From: Acidimicrobiales bacterium
GTDB lineage: Bacteria; Actinomycetota; Acidimicrobiia; Acidimicrobiales; Ilumatobacteraceae
DNA length: 64,000 nucleotides
Assembly (NCBI GenBank): GCA_038328705.1
Contig: JBBQMG010000004.1
Span: 3,391-67,390, forward strand
Reading direction: 5' to 3'
Part shown: piece by piece, positions 37,554-46,774 of the stretch
Position numbering within the stretch: the first letter of the stretch is position 1
Layout: each line of letters begins with the position of its first letter
Program-made: the position numbers and the translations under genes
The notes under the pieces: model-generated
What the model saw: only the letters and a program-made list of their open reading frames with translations
Told to the model about the DNA's origin: nothing
Database searches by the model: none

Positions 37554-38813
37554 ATGAGCATCGTCGTCATCGGTGTCAATCACCGCACGGCTCCTATCGA
37601 GCTGTTGGAGCGCGTCTCGCTGTCAGGCACCGACCTGCGCAAGGCCGTCAACGGTCTTGTCAGCAGGTCCAACATTCGTGAGGCCGCGGTCCTCAGCACC
37701 TGCAACCGCACAGAGGTGTTCTGCGTTGCCGAGCGCTTCCACGGCGCGTATGCGGATATTCGCGACTTCTTCTGCGAACTCGGTGGCTTGCAGCCCGACG
37801 AGCTGCACGAGCACCTCTACAGCCAACACGACGATGCTGCGGTCAGTCATCTGTTCGAGGTCGCTGCCGGGCTCGATTCGGCGGTGCTGGGCGAGAGCGA
37901 GATTCTTGGCCAGGTACGCGGAGCGTGGGAGCTGGCGCAGGCCGAGGGTGGCGCGAAGGCGACCCTGAACCTGCTGTTCCGCCATGCCATCGAGACCGGC
38001 AAACGGGCACGCACCGAGACGTCCATCGGCAAGCACACCGCATCGGTCAGCCACGCGGCGGTGGAGATGGCGCAGGAACGACTGGGTGGCATCGCTGGTC
38101 GTCGGGTGTTGGTGGTCGGTGCTGGCGATATGGGCGAAGGTATTGCCGTTGCGCTGGTTGGCGCAGGTGCCACCGATATCACGGTCATCAACCGTACCGA
38201 GGCTCGCGCTGCGCAACTTGCGCAGCGTGTCGGCGGGCGAATCGCGCCGTTCAGCCAACTGGGAGCGGCGTTGTACGAGGCCGATGTTTTGCTCACCTGC
38301 ACTGGTGCCGGCACCATCATCATCGACCACGATCTGGTTGTCGGCGCTCGCGAGGGTGTCACCACCCCGCTGCTCGTCGTCGACATTGCGGTGCCTCGCG
38401 ATGTGGCGTCGGATGTCGAGCAGGCCGACAACGTCACGCTGCTCAACCTCGATCATCTGCGCGATTGGGCTGCTCGTGGCATTGCGTTGCGGGCCGCTGA
38501 AGCCGACCGTGTCCGCGTCATCGTCAGCGAGGAGGTCGAGCGCTTCGGCCTCGAAACCACGGCCCGGCAGGCAGCACCGTTGGTCGCACAGTTGCATGAG
38601 AAGGCCGACGCGGTGCGCGTCGGTGAACTCGAGCGCTTCTCGAACCGGCTTGCATCTCTCGACCCAGCGCAGCGAGTCGCGGTGGAAGCGGTGACCAAGG
38701 GCATCGTCGCCAAGCTGCTGCACCAGATGTCGGTGAAGTTGAAGGACGACGCCGGCAGCCCGCAGGGCGAGCGCAACGCCGCCGCCGTGCGCGACCTCTT
38801 CGACCTGGGCTGA
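37554..38813 (+). CDS. hemA: Glutamyl-tRNA reductase
   Basis: Active-site region VLSTCNRTEVF and the NADPH motif VLVVGAGDMGE are present. Confidence 0.9.
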   Translation: MSIVVIGVNHRTAPIELLERVSLSGTDLRKAVNGLVSRSNIREAAVLSTCNRTEVFCVAERFHGAYADIRDFFCELGGLQPDELHEHLYSQHDDAAVSHLFEVAAGLDSAVLGESEILGQVRGAWELAQAEGGAKATLNLLFRHAIETGKRARTETSIGKHTASVSHAAVEMAQERLGGIAGRRVLVVGAGDMGEGIAVALVGAGATDITVINRTEARAAQLAQRVGGRIAPFSQLGAALYEADVLLTCTGAGTIIIDHDLVVGAREGVTTPLLVVDIAVPRDVASDVEQADNVTLLNLDHLRDWAARGIALRAAEADRVRVIVSEEVERFGLETTARQAAPLVAQLHEKADAVRVGELERFSNRLASLDPAQRVAVEAVTKGIVAKLLHQMSVKLKDDAGSPQGERNAAAVRDLFDLG

Positions 38814-39697
38814 TGGCCACAGGCGCGCAGACGTTGCGGCTGGCAACGCGAGGCAGCGCGCAGGCAACCGCGCAGGCAACCGCTGTCGCCGACGCGTTGA
38901 TGGCCGCCCACCCAGGTTTGGTCGTGGAGTTGGTGTTCGTGGAGACACTGGGCGACCAGCGCACCGACGTGCCGCTGCACACCATTGGTGGTCAGGGTGT
39001 GTTCGTGAAGGAAGTACAGCGGGCAGTGCTGCAGGGTGATGCCGACCTTGCCGCACACAGCGCCAAGGACCTGCCCTCGGCTGCTGCGGATGGTTTGCAG
39101 CTGGCCGCATTCTGCGAGCGACGCGACCCTCGCGATGCGCTGGTTGGCGCCGCGTTGGCCGATCTGGCGCAGGGTGCGACGGTCGCCACCGGGTCGGTGC
39201 GCCGGCGAGCCCAGCTCACGGCCGTGCGGCCTGATCTGCAGTTCGTGGAGTTGCGCGGCAACATCCACACGCGGCTGTCGAAGGTGCCCGAAGGTGGCGC
39301 GCTGGTGATGGCGGTCGCCGCCTTGCAGATTCTCGAGCTCACCGATCGGATTGCGCAGCACCTACCGGTGGAAACATTCGTGCCGTCGCCAGGGCAAGGA
39401 TGCGTGGCGGTGGAGTGCCGCACCGATGACGACGAGGTCGCCGAGCTGCTGGCCGCAATCGACCATCCAACCAGTCGTGCGGCGGTCGAGATGGAGCGCG
39501 CGTTCTTGGCCGAGTTGGGTAGCGGCTGCTCGCTCCCCGTCGCCGCCTACGCGATCGAAGGCCTGCTCACCGGGTTTCTGGCGGACCCCTCTGTGAATCT
39601 CCACGTGACGAAATCGGTGACTGTCCAGAGTGGGCGCGACGAACAGTTGCAGCAGGCCGCAGAGCTGGCGCGGTCGCTGCAGGCCGAGCTCGGCTGA
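38813..39697 (+). CDS. hemC: Hydroxymethylbilane synthase (porphobilinogen deaminase)
   Basis: LRLATRGSAQA, DLAAHSAKDLP and GSVRRRAQL are present. The start overlaps the hemA stop. Confidence 0.9.
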   Translation: MATGAQTLRLATRGSAQATAQATAVADALMAAHPGLVVELVFVETLGDQRTDVPLHTIGGQGVFVKEVQRAVLQGDADLAAHSAKDLPSAAADGLQLAAFCERRDPRDALVGAALADLAQGATVATGSVRRRAQLTAVRPDLQFVELRGNIHTRLSKVPEGGALVMAVAALQILELTDRIAQHLPVETFVPSPGQGCVAVECRTDDDEVAELLAAIDHPTSRAAVEMERAFLAELGSGCSLPVAAYAIEGLLTGFLADPSVNLHVTKSVTVQSGRDEQLQQAAELARSLQAELG

Positions 39698-39701
39698 ACC
39701 C

Positions 39702-40421
39702 GTGAGTGCGCTGGCCGGGCGTCGGGTCGTCGTCACTCGTACGGCGGGGCAGGCCGCAGAGCTGGTGGCGTTGCTGGAAGCGGCGGGTGCCACCGCGGTG
39801 GTGGCGCCGCTGATCGAGATCGTGTCCCAGCCAGCAGCCTGCGAAGTGCTGGCCGCGCTGGACCCGACCGCGTTCGACTGGCTGGTGGTCACATCGCCCA
39901 ACGGCGCGCGTGCCTACCTCGATGCCCACGCGACGGGACCCACCAATGTCGCCGCGGTCGGGACGACAACTGCCGACGCGCTGACCGGCGGGGGCGTGCC
40001 GGTAGCGCTCGTGCCCGGCGAGCAACACGCCGCTGGGTTGCTGGCCGCTTTCCCGGCGGGCAGCGGTCGAGTGCTGTTGGTGCAGGCCGTTGATGCGGCG
40101 ACGACCATGGCCACCGGTCTGCAGCGCGCTGGCTGGCAGGTCACCGCCGTCAGCCCCTATCGCAGCGTCCCTGCGAACCCGACGGCAGGCCAGCAACTGG
40201 CCGCACTGTCGGCCGACGCGGTGCTGTTCGCCAGCGGTTCGGCGGCCCGGGCCTGGGTGGCAGTGTTCGGGCTGACAACGCCATCGATCGTCGTTGCGAT
40301 TGGCCCGCAAACAGCCGTCGACGTGGAGCACGCGGGCCTCAAGGTCTCGCTGGTTGCGGCCGATCACTCCTTGCCGGGTTTGGTGGCTGCTCTTGTCAAT
40401 CACCTGTCCGAAACCGAGTAG
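39702..40421 (+). CDS. hemD: Uroporphyrinogen-III synthase
   Basis: LAGRRVVVTRTAGQAAEL is a typical HemD N-terminus. GTG at 39702. The gene position follows hemC. Confidence 0.8.
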   Translation: MSALAGRRVVVTRTAGQAAELVALLEAAGATAVVAPLIEIVSQPAACEVLAALDPTAFDWLVVTSPNGARAYLDAHATGPTNVAAVGTTTADALTGGGVPVALVPGEQHAAGLLAAFPAGSGRVLLVQAVDAATTMATGLQRAGWQVTAVSPYRSVPANPTAGQQLAALSADAVLFASGSAARAWVAVFGLTTPSIVVAIGPQTAVDVEHAGLKVSLVAADHSLPGLVAALVNHLSETE

Positions 40422-40469
40422 CCTTTACCATACTTCGAACCGAGACGGGCGGACCTTAGTAACACCACC

Positions 40470-42875
40470 ATGCAGATCACGTCGACCACTCGGCGCTGGC
40501 TCATCCTCGGGGGTGCAGCTGCGGTGCTCACGGCCCTTGGCACCAGCCATGCGGCCGCTGGTCGGTCCGCGCCGCAGGACAGCCCCCGGTTGCCGTCGGC
40601 GGCGGTGGAGAACACCTTCTCGCAGACGCCGTCGGTCTCGGCTGATGGTCGCCTCGTGGTCTACGCCGGGGCGCCCGCCACGCCGGGCGACACACGTGTC
40701 AGCACGACATGGATCAAGGATCGCTCCGATGGTTCGGTGTACGAGCTCACCGGCCAGTCGCCCGACATTCGCCCCGGAGAATCTGTATTGCCCGTCATCA
40801 GTGCCGACGGGTGCTCGGTCACGGTGATCACTGAGCTGGCGTACGACCTCTTCCGCGACAACAACTCGGGTGCCCGTTGGGATGTCTATCGCTTGCTCTT
40901 GCCCTCCTGCGGTGGCGAGCTGGGCGATTGGGAGCTGGTTTCTGCATCGCGTGGGACCGGTTTCGAATCAACTGCCGGCGACAACGTCAGCCCGCTGTAT
41001 CCGCCGGCCGTATCCGGTGAGGGTGGCGTGGTTGCCTACACGCAGCAGTTCAGCGCTGCCGCACAGCAACTCACCGGAATCACCGTGGTCGACCTTTCTA
41101 TCGCCATTGGCGAGCCTGGCCGCTCCTTACCCGTTGCCGGCACTCCAGCGGCCGCGCCGAACAGCACGTACAAGTATGTGGGCCAACGCGAGCCGTCGAT
41201 CAGCGCCGATGGCGCCGTACTGGCGTTCACCTCCGACGCAAACTCGTCGCTGGCGCTGGCCGAGTGGGGCGAGGGCGCCCAGCCCGGCGCGTTCGCCACC
41301 TCCAACGTCTACGTGTGGGACCGTCTCAACCTCGACCGCAACACCAACGTGCGACGTGCTTCGCCGACGCTGAATGGCGACTTCGGCGACTCGTTCAGCC
41401 CGGCCGTCTCCGGCAACGGCCAGTTCATTGCCTTCGTGTCCACCGCCACCAGCTTGGTGGCCGGTGCGGTGCTGCCGGTCTGCAACCCGCTGTGCAGCTC
41501 GCAGGTCTATTTGCTGGATCGCACCGCAGGTTCGGTGCAGCTGGCCAGCCGCGAAGCGGCAGAGCCGACTGCGGCGGGTGCGCCAGCCGCCCCTCCGATC
41601 GCTGCCGACAGTGGCGCCAGCCAGCCCGCGCTCAACGCCAGCGGCGATGAAGTGCTCTACGTGTCCCGAGCCACCAACCTGTTCGAGACGCGCAGCAGCG
41701 CTGCGGGCGGTCGTGACGACGGCGACATCGTGCTGTTCGTGCCGTCGTCGGGCACCGTCGAGCGGGTCTCCGTGATGGCCGACGGCGTCACACCTGCCCC
41801 GGCCGCCAACTCGCATCCCAAGTTGTCGTCCACTGGCCGCGTCGTCGTGTTCGACACACTCGCTGGCGCTGCCTACGGCAACCCCGTTGCTGCCGGGCGC
41901 CGGGTTGGCATCGTCGATCACCCGCCCGTGCTCGAGCTGGCCAACCTCGATGTTGGCACGGTGGCCGTTGGCTACCCAGGCCCCGAGTGGTACCTGGTGG
42001 TCAACAACCGTGGCCCGTCGTCATTCGTGCCCGCGCTGGTCGAGACGACGAACCCCGACTTCTTGATCAGCGGTGGTAGCTGTGCCGCCGCGATCGCCAC
42101 GCCGGTGCCGCCCGGTGGCACGTGCACCGTCCACTTGATGATGATGCCCAGCGTTGCCGGCCCCATCGCTGGCACGCTCACGGTCAGCGAAGCCGGTTTC
42201 GATGCGGTGTCGATCAGTACTCAGCTCTCCGGTCTCGGTGGCGACCCGGCCCTCGCACCCACACCCGGCGGCGGCTATGGCGGCTCGCTCGTCGTGGGCT
42301 CCCGCGGCGAGCCGATGCCGTTCACACTCAGTAACGTTGCGTTCAACCCGGTGCGAATCACTTCGGTCAAGGTGCTGGGCTCGAACCCGGACGACTTCCA
42401 GGTCAACCTCGACGAATGCACACGGAAGTCGCTCGACGCCGGCATGGCGTGCGACCTACAGGTGATCTTCAGTCCCACAGGGTCTGGCCGGCGCACCGCC
42501 ATCGTGGTCGCGGACACTGATGGTGGCGTGTACGCAACAATTCTGATCAGCGGCGACGCTCATTACGAGCCGAAGATGGCAGCCAGCAACACCACCATCG
42601 TCCCTGGCTCGCGCGTGACGCTCACCGGTATCGGCTTCGAACCCAACGTTGCGGTCATCATCTCCTGGGGCGATGGCAGTGGTACCAGGCTCAACGCCGT
42701 CACCACCGGTTACGGCACGCTGGACGTGCAGTTTCTCGTGCGCCCCACCGACCGCGCGGGCGACCGCACGCTGGTGGCGCAAACAGCCGACGGGCAAGCC
42801 GCGATCGCCGAGGTGTTGGTGGTCAGTCGCGCAGGGGGCACCGCGCCGGGCACCGCCAACTGGCCCGGTGGTTGA
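40470..42875 (+). CDS. Tat-secreted protein: seven TolB/PD40-like beta-propeller repeats plus C-terminal Ig-like (choice-of-anchor-D-like) domains
   Basis: Twin-arginine signal TTRRWLILGGAAAV...SHAAAG. SADG/SGEG/SGNG blade motifs recur (SADGRLVVYAG, SADGCSVTVIT, SGEGGVVAYTQ, SADGAVLAFTS, SGNGQFIAFVS, ASGDEVLYVS, STGRVVVFDT). C-terminal beta-sandwich repeats follow. Confidence 0.6.
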   Translation: MQITSTTRRWLILGGAAAVLTALGTSHAAAGRSAPQDSPRLPSAAVENTFSQTPSVSADGRLVVYAGAPATPGDTRVSTTWIKDRSDGSVYELTGQSPDIRPGESVLPVISADGCSVTVITELAYDLFRDNNSGARWDVYRLLLPSCGGELGDWELVSASRGTGFESTAGDNVSPLYPPAVSGEGGVVAYTQQFSAAAQQLTGITVVDLSIAIGEPGRSLPVAGTPAAAPNSTYKYVGQREPSISADGAVLAFTSDANSSLALAEWGEGAQPGAFATSNVYVWDRLNLDRNTNVRRASPTLNGDFGDSFSPAVSGNGQFIAFVSTATSLVAGAVLPVCNPLCSSQVYLLDRTAGSVQLASREAAEPTAAGAPAAPPIAADSGASQPALNASGDEVLYVSRATNLFETRSSAAGGRDDGDIVLFVPSSGTVERVSVMADGVTPAPAANSHPKLSSTGRVVVFDTLAGAAYGNPVAAGRRVGIVDHPPVLELANLDVGTVAVGYPGPEWYLVVNNRGPSSFVPALVETTNPDFLISGGSCAAAIATPVPPGGTCTVHLMMMPSVAGPIAGTLTVSEAGFDAVSISTQLSGLGGDPALAPTPGGGYGGSLVVGSRGEPMPFTLSNVAFNPVRITSVKVLGSNPDDFQVNLDECTRKSLDAGMACDLQVIFSPTGSGRRTAIVVADTDGGVYATILISGDAHYEPKMAASNTTIVPGSRVTLTGIGFEPNVAVIISWGDGSGTRLNAVTTGYGTLDVQFLVRPTDRAGDRTLVAQTADGQAAIAEVLVVSRAGGTAPGTANWPGG

Positions 42876-42922
42876 GCAGAACGGTCTTTGAGCCTGGCCC
42901 CTCGCGGATGCTGGTCGTCTGC

Positions 42923-44128
42923 CTACGCAGGCAGCAGTAGGCCGCTGGCGAACACGTTCTGGAAGCATGCGCTCAGCGTCTGGTCGCCTTGGCTGGTGCA
43001 GGTGACCTGCACGATCAGCTCCTCGCCTGCCAGCAGCTCGATCGGCGTGACCAGCGATGCTCTGACGTCGCCGTAGACCTGCGCGAGGGAGAACGTGAAC
43101 AGTGGCAGGTCGCCGCGCAGTATCAGCAGTGAGCCCTGGTCGCTGTTGGGGTTTTGGGCGATGAGGTCGGTGAGACGCAGGCGTTGACCGGCCGGCACCT
43201 TGTACACCGCGGTGTCCGACTGACCGACGGGGACTGAAACGGAGAGCGGGATATTGACGATGGTGCCCTCCTCCTTCTCCGGCACGGATGGCAGCACGGT
43301 GACGCCGGTGAGCGAGTCGATGGTCGGCGCGATCGTGGTGGTGGTCTCGGGAACTGCCTCGCGCACCGCTGTGTCGGCGGCGTCACGAATCGCCGGCTCG
43401 ACCACGCCGAACCATCCGGTCAGGAGGACGGCTGCGACCGTGACCAGGCCGACGATGCGCCCAACCACACGTTCGGGCACCATCGGCGTTTGCACGAACG
43501 TCGCAGTGCTGGTCGCGGTAGGGCTGCCGGGTTGGTCGGCGTCGATGCGGAAGGGGATGGTGCGCGCCCGCCGCTCCCACTGGAAGCCCTTCGTGCGCAC
43601 CTTCATCCGGATGAGCGTGCTGCCGCCCGGCTCGACACCTGCAGCGGGCGGGTCGAACTCGGCCTCGACGCGACCGGACGAATCGATCAGGTGTAGGCGG
43701 CAGCTGGCCTGGGTGTTGCCCCGGTTCTCCAGCATCATCTCGTAGGTTGCGCTGCGGCGACCTCGTAGTGCGGGCTGCAGAACATCGAGCCGACGGTCGA
43801 AGCTGCCGGCAATGTTGAGCGTCGTCTCCGCGCTACGAATGTCGTCGGGGTCGCTCTGGGGAATGATGCGGATGGTCAGCGAGGTCGGGCCGGCCGTGGT
43901 GCTGGGTAGCAGCGGCGGGAACACCTCGATATCGATGACCTGCTGCGTGCCGCCGAAGAGGGTGAGCGTGGCTGGGTTGATGGTGCTCCAGCCGGCGGCC
44001 ATACCCGCTGGGGTGAGCACGAATGTGTCGGTCGACTCAGCGAGGTTGACCACCGTCAATTGCAGTACTGCAACTGTGCCGGGGGTGACGTCGACGTCGC
44101 CGCGTGAGAACCATGCCTGGGCTGCCAT
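42923..44128 (-). CDS. Hypothetical single-pass membrane protein with two N-terminal beta-sandwich-like domains
   Basis: 401 aa with one central TM segment (IVGLVTVAAVLLTGWFGVV). No catalytic motif was recognised. It lies 32 nt downstream of the GGDEF gene on the same strand. Confidence 0.5.
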   Translation of the reverse strand: MAAQAWFSRGDVDVTPGTVAVLQLTVVNLAESTDTFVLTPAGMAAGWSTINPATLTLFGGTQQVIDIEVFPPLLPSTTAGPTSLTIRIIPQSDPDDIRSAETTLNIAGSFDRRLDVLQPALRGRRSATYEMMLENRGNTQASCRLHLIDSSGRVEAEFDPPAAGVEPGGSTLIRMKVRTKGFQWERRARTIPFRIDADQPGSPTATSTATFVQTPMVPERVVGRIVGLVTVAAVLLTGWFGVVEPAIRDAADTAVREAVPETTTTIAPTIDSLTGVTVLPSVPEKEEGTIVNIPLSVSVPVGQSDTAVYKVPAGQRLRLTDLIAQNPNSDQGSLLILRGDLPLFTFSLAQVYGDVRASLVTPIELLAGEELIVQVTCTSQGDQTLSACFQNVFASGLLLPA

Positions 44129-44160
44129 CGTCCGAGACGCTACCGGTCCTGGCTGCCGCG

Positions 44161-45702
44161 TTAGCGGAAGGTGACGCGGTCGCGGCCGCTCTTCTTCGAC
44201 TGCTGCAGCGCGGTGGTCGCGTCAGCGAGCACGCGAGTGGAGTCGAATGATCCACTTCCGACCGATGCGCCAACGGAGGCAGTGATCGTCACGCTGCTCG
44301 GAATGCCATGCCAGGTGCGCGTTGCGATCAGCATGCGAACACGCTCGAAAACGAAGCGGGCATCGCCCGGGGAGGTTTCGCGCAGGATCATCACGAACTC
44401 ATCGCCACCCAGGCGGACGACTGAATCACCGCGTCGACAGACCCGTTCCAACAGCCCGGCGACTTCCTGCAGCACACTGTCGCCCTCGAGGTAGCCGTAC
44501 TCGTCGTTGACCAGCTTGAAGCCGTCGAGGTCGATGACGCCGACACACACGGGTGCGTGTTCTTCCAGAACCTCGGGCAGCAGGTGCGCGAGATGGCGTC
44601 GGTTGGGCAGACCGGTGAGCGGGTCGCTTTCGCTGATGGCTTCGACACGTAGATGCTCGACGCCGAGGCGCACGTGCTCCCAGCGGGCGGTGCGTTCATC
44701 GTGCAGCCGGCGGTTGGCTTCTTCGAGGTTGCGCTCCAAGGCGGTACGCGCCTCGTCGAGGCGGCCCATCTTCCACAGCACCTCGACTTCCACCTTGAAC
44801 AGCGGCGCGAGGTACTCGGTGTAGTTGATCTCAGCCGCAAGAGCGAGCGTGTCGCCGATGAGGTCGATGACGTCGGTGCTCTGGCTGGCTCCCCACAGCG
44901 CCATTGCCTCGCCGGACATTGCGATGACTTGCTCTTCGCGCATGCCGTGCTCGGTGGCGAGCGCCCGAGCGCTGCGGGCGTCGTCCAGCGCAGCGTGGTA
45001 GTGGCCGATCTCGGCGAGCATCATCGAGCGATGTGCCATGGCCTGGCAGATCGCCATCATCTCGTGCCCACCCTCGGGGTCCAGCGCGGCGGTTGATGCA
45101 TAGAGGCCGTCGTGGACGAGTCGGCTGCGTTCGGCGGGGTCAGGTGCTCGCTGGGCGGCGTAATGGTAGGCGCCCGACATGCTGGAGTATGCGAACTGGC
45201 GGTCGTCGTCGGTGTCGGCCAGTCGCAGCGCACGGTCGTACAGCTCAAGAGCTGCTTCCACGAAACCGCACTGCGCGTAAGTGACGGCCATGTTGTGCAT
45301 GACCTGGTAGTTGGCGGCCTCGTTGGGTAGCCGATCAAGGATGTACACGGCCTCGGACAAGATGTGGGCGGCTTCAGCGAGCCGATTCGAGCGACTGTGG
45401 TGGTCGACCATCACGCCCAGCGCATCGGCCAGTTCGGGCAGATATCCCTCTGATCGCGCCTGCTGGGCGACGACCCGCGTCAGGGCGGCGGCGTCTTCGT
45501 AACGCTCGACCGCAAGTAGGCAGCAGGCTTGCCGAATCTGCAGATTGAGCTGCGTCTGGTGGTTGTCGGCGGCGTCGGCGGCCATCGCGAAGAGCCGGCC
45601 GGCGTTGTCGAAGTCGCCCGCCTGGCGCGCCTGTACCGCCTGCTGCTCCAGCGAGGCCAACACCTTGGTACTGGGTTCGCGGTGTGCGGTGGGCGCATCC
45701 AT
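44161..45702 (-). CDS. TPR-repeat diguanylate cyclase (GGDEF) with an I-site
   Basis: The N-terminal ~330 aa are TPR-like repeats. The C-terminal domain reads DPLTGLPNRR ... RRGDSVVRLGGDEFVMIL, with the RxxD I-site 5 residues upstream of GGDEF. Confidence 0.85.
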   Translation of the reverse strand: MDAPTAHREPSTKVLASLEQQAVQARQAGDFDNAGRLFAMAADAADNHQTQLNLQIRQACCLLAVERYEDAAALTRVVAQQARSEGYLPELADALGVMVDHHSRSNRLAEAAHILSEAVYILDRLPNEAANYQVMHNMAVTYAQCGFVEAALELYDRALRLADTDDDRQFAYSSMSGAYHYAAQRAPDPAERSRLVHDGLYASTAALDPEGGHEMMAICQAMAHRSMMLAEIGHYHAALDDARSARALATEHGMREEQVIAMSGEAMALWGASQSTDVIDLIGDTLALAAEINYTEYLAPLFKVEVEVLWKMGRLDEARTALERNLEEANRRLHDERTARWEHVRLGVEHLRVEAISESDPLTGLPNRRHLAHLLPEVLEEHAPVCVGVIDLDGFKLVNDEYGYLEGDSVLQEVAGLLERVCRRGDSVVRLGGDEFVMILRETSPGDARFVFERVRMLIATRTWHGIPSSVTITASVGASVGSGSFDSTRVLADATTALQQSKKSGRDRVTFR

Positions 45703-45762
45703 CAGTGAAAGGTATCGGCGCGTTGGGGGGCAGACCTGAGGAGATCGTTACGATGCATAGCC

Positions 45763-46764
45763 GTGCCCGGTTCTTTTCCCGCCTCGCGACCTCGGCGTTT
45801 GCGCAACTCTTCCGCGATGCGCGATCTCGTCGCCGAAACTCAGCTCGACGTTCGCCAATTGGTGGCGCCGCTGTTCGTGCGGGAAGGCATCGATGCGCCG
45901 CAGCCGATTGCATCGTTGCCGGGCGTGGTCCAGCACACCCGTGCCAGTCTGCAGGATGAAGTTCGCCAGCTCGCTGACCTTGGTGTAAAGGCGGTCATCC
46001 TGTTCGGTGTGCCGTCCGTCAAGGACGAGATCGGCTCGGGCGCCTTCGACCCGAACGGCATCGTGCAGCTGGCCCTGCAGGACCTCGCCGCCGATGTGGG
46101 CGACCGCATGGTGCTGATGGCCGACCTGTGCGTGGATGAGTACACGTCCCACGGTCACTGTGGTGTGCTGGATGGGCCGGCGGGCGACCCGAACACGTCG
46201 GTCGACAACGACGCGACGTTGGAGATCTACGGCCGTATTGCGGTCGCGCAAGCCAACGCCGGCGCGCACATGGTCGCGCCCAGCGGAATGATGGATGGTC
46301 AGGTCGGTGCCATCCGTGCGGCGCTCGATGGCGCCGGGCATGGCAACACCTCGATCCTGGCCTACTCGGCCAAGTACGCCAGTGGCCTGTACGGCCCGTT
46401 CCGCGACGCTGTCGATTGTGCAATTGTCGGCGGCGGCGACCGCAAGGCGTACCAGCAGGACTGGCGCAACGCCCGCGAGGCGATCATGGAAGTGCAAGCG
46501 GATATCGCGCAGGGCGCAGACATGGTGATGGTGAAGCCGGCGCTCAGCTACCTCGACATCATCGCCGCCGTGAAGGCTGCAGTGAATGTGCCGGTCGCGG
46601 CGTATCACGTCAGCGGCGAGTACGCGATGATCAAGGCCGCGGCGGCGAACGGCTGGATCGACCACGACGCGGTAGCCACCGAACAGCTCACCGCCATCCG
46701 TCGTGCCGGTGCCGATGTCATCCTCACGTACCTCACCCGCTGGTACGCCGAGTCCTTCTCCTGA
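45763..46764 (+). CDS. hemB: Porphobilinogen synthase (delta-aminolevulinate dehydratase)
   Basis: N-terminus FPASRPRRLR is canonical. The active-site lysines are in the motifs GADMVMVKPAL and AYHVSGEYAM. GTG start at 45763. Confidence 0.9.
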   Translation: MPGSFPASRPRRLRNSSAMRDLVAETQLDVRQLVAPLFVREGIDAPQPIASLPGVVQHTRASLQDEVRQLADLGVKAVILFGVPSVKDEIGSGAFDPNGIVQLALQDLAADVGDRMVLMADLCVDEYTSHGHCGVLDGPAGDPNTSVDNDATLEIYGRIAVAQANAGAHMVAPSGMMDGQVGAIRAALDGAGHGNTSILAYSAKYASGLYGPFRDAVDCAIVGGGDRKAYQQDWRNAREAIMEVQADIAQGADMVMVKPALSYLDIIAAVKAAVNVPVAAYHVSGEYAMIKAAAANGWIDHDAVATEQLTAIRRAGADVILTYLTRWYAESFS

Positions 46765-46774
46765 GGAGCATGTA

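Noticed and set aside
45752-45765. An ATG at 45752 with a well-spaced GAGGAG, but out of frame with hemB. I considered a frameshift at the hemB 5' end.
   Set aside because: The GTG at 45763 yields the canonical HemB N-terminus (FPASRPRRLR...), whereas the ATG frame gives Arg-rich nonsense. No frameshift needs to be invoked.
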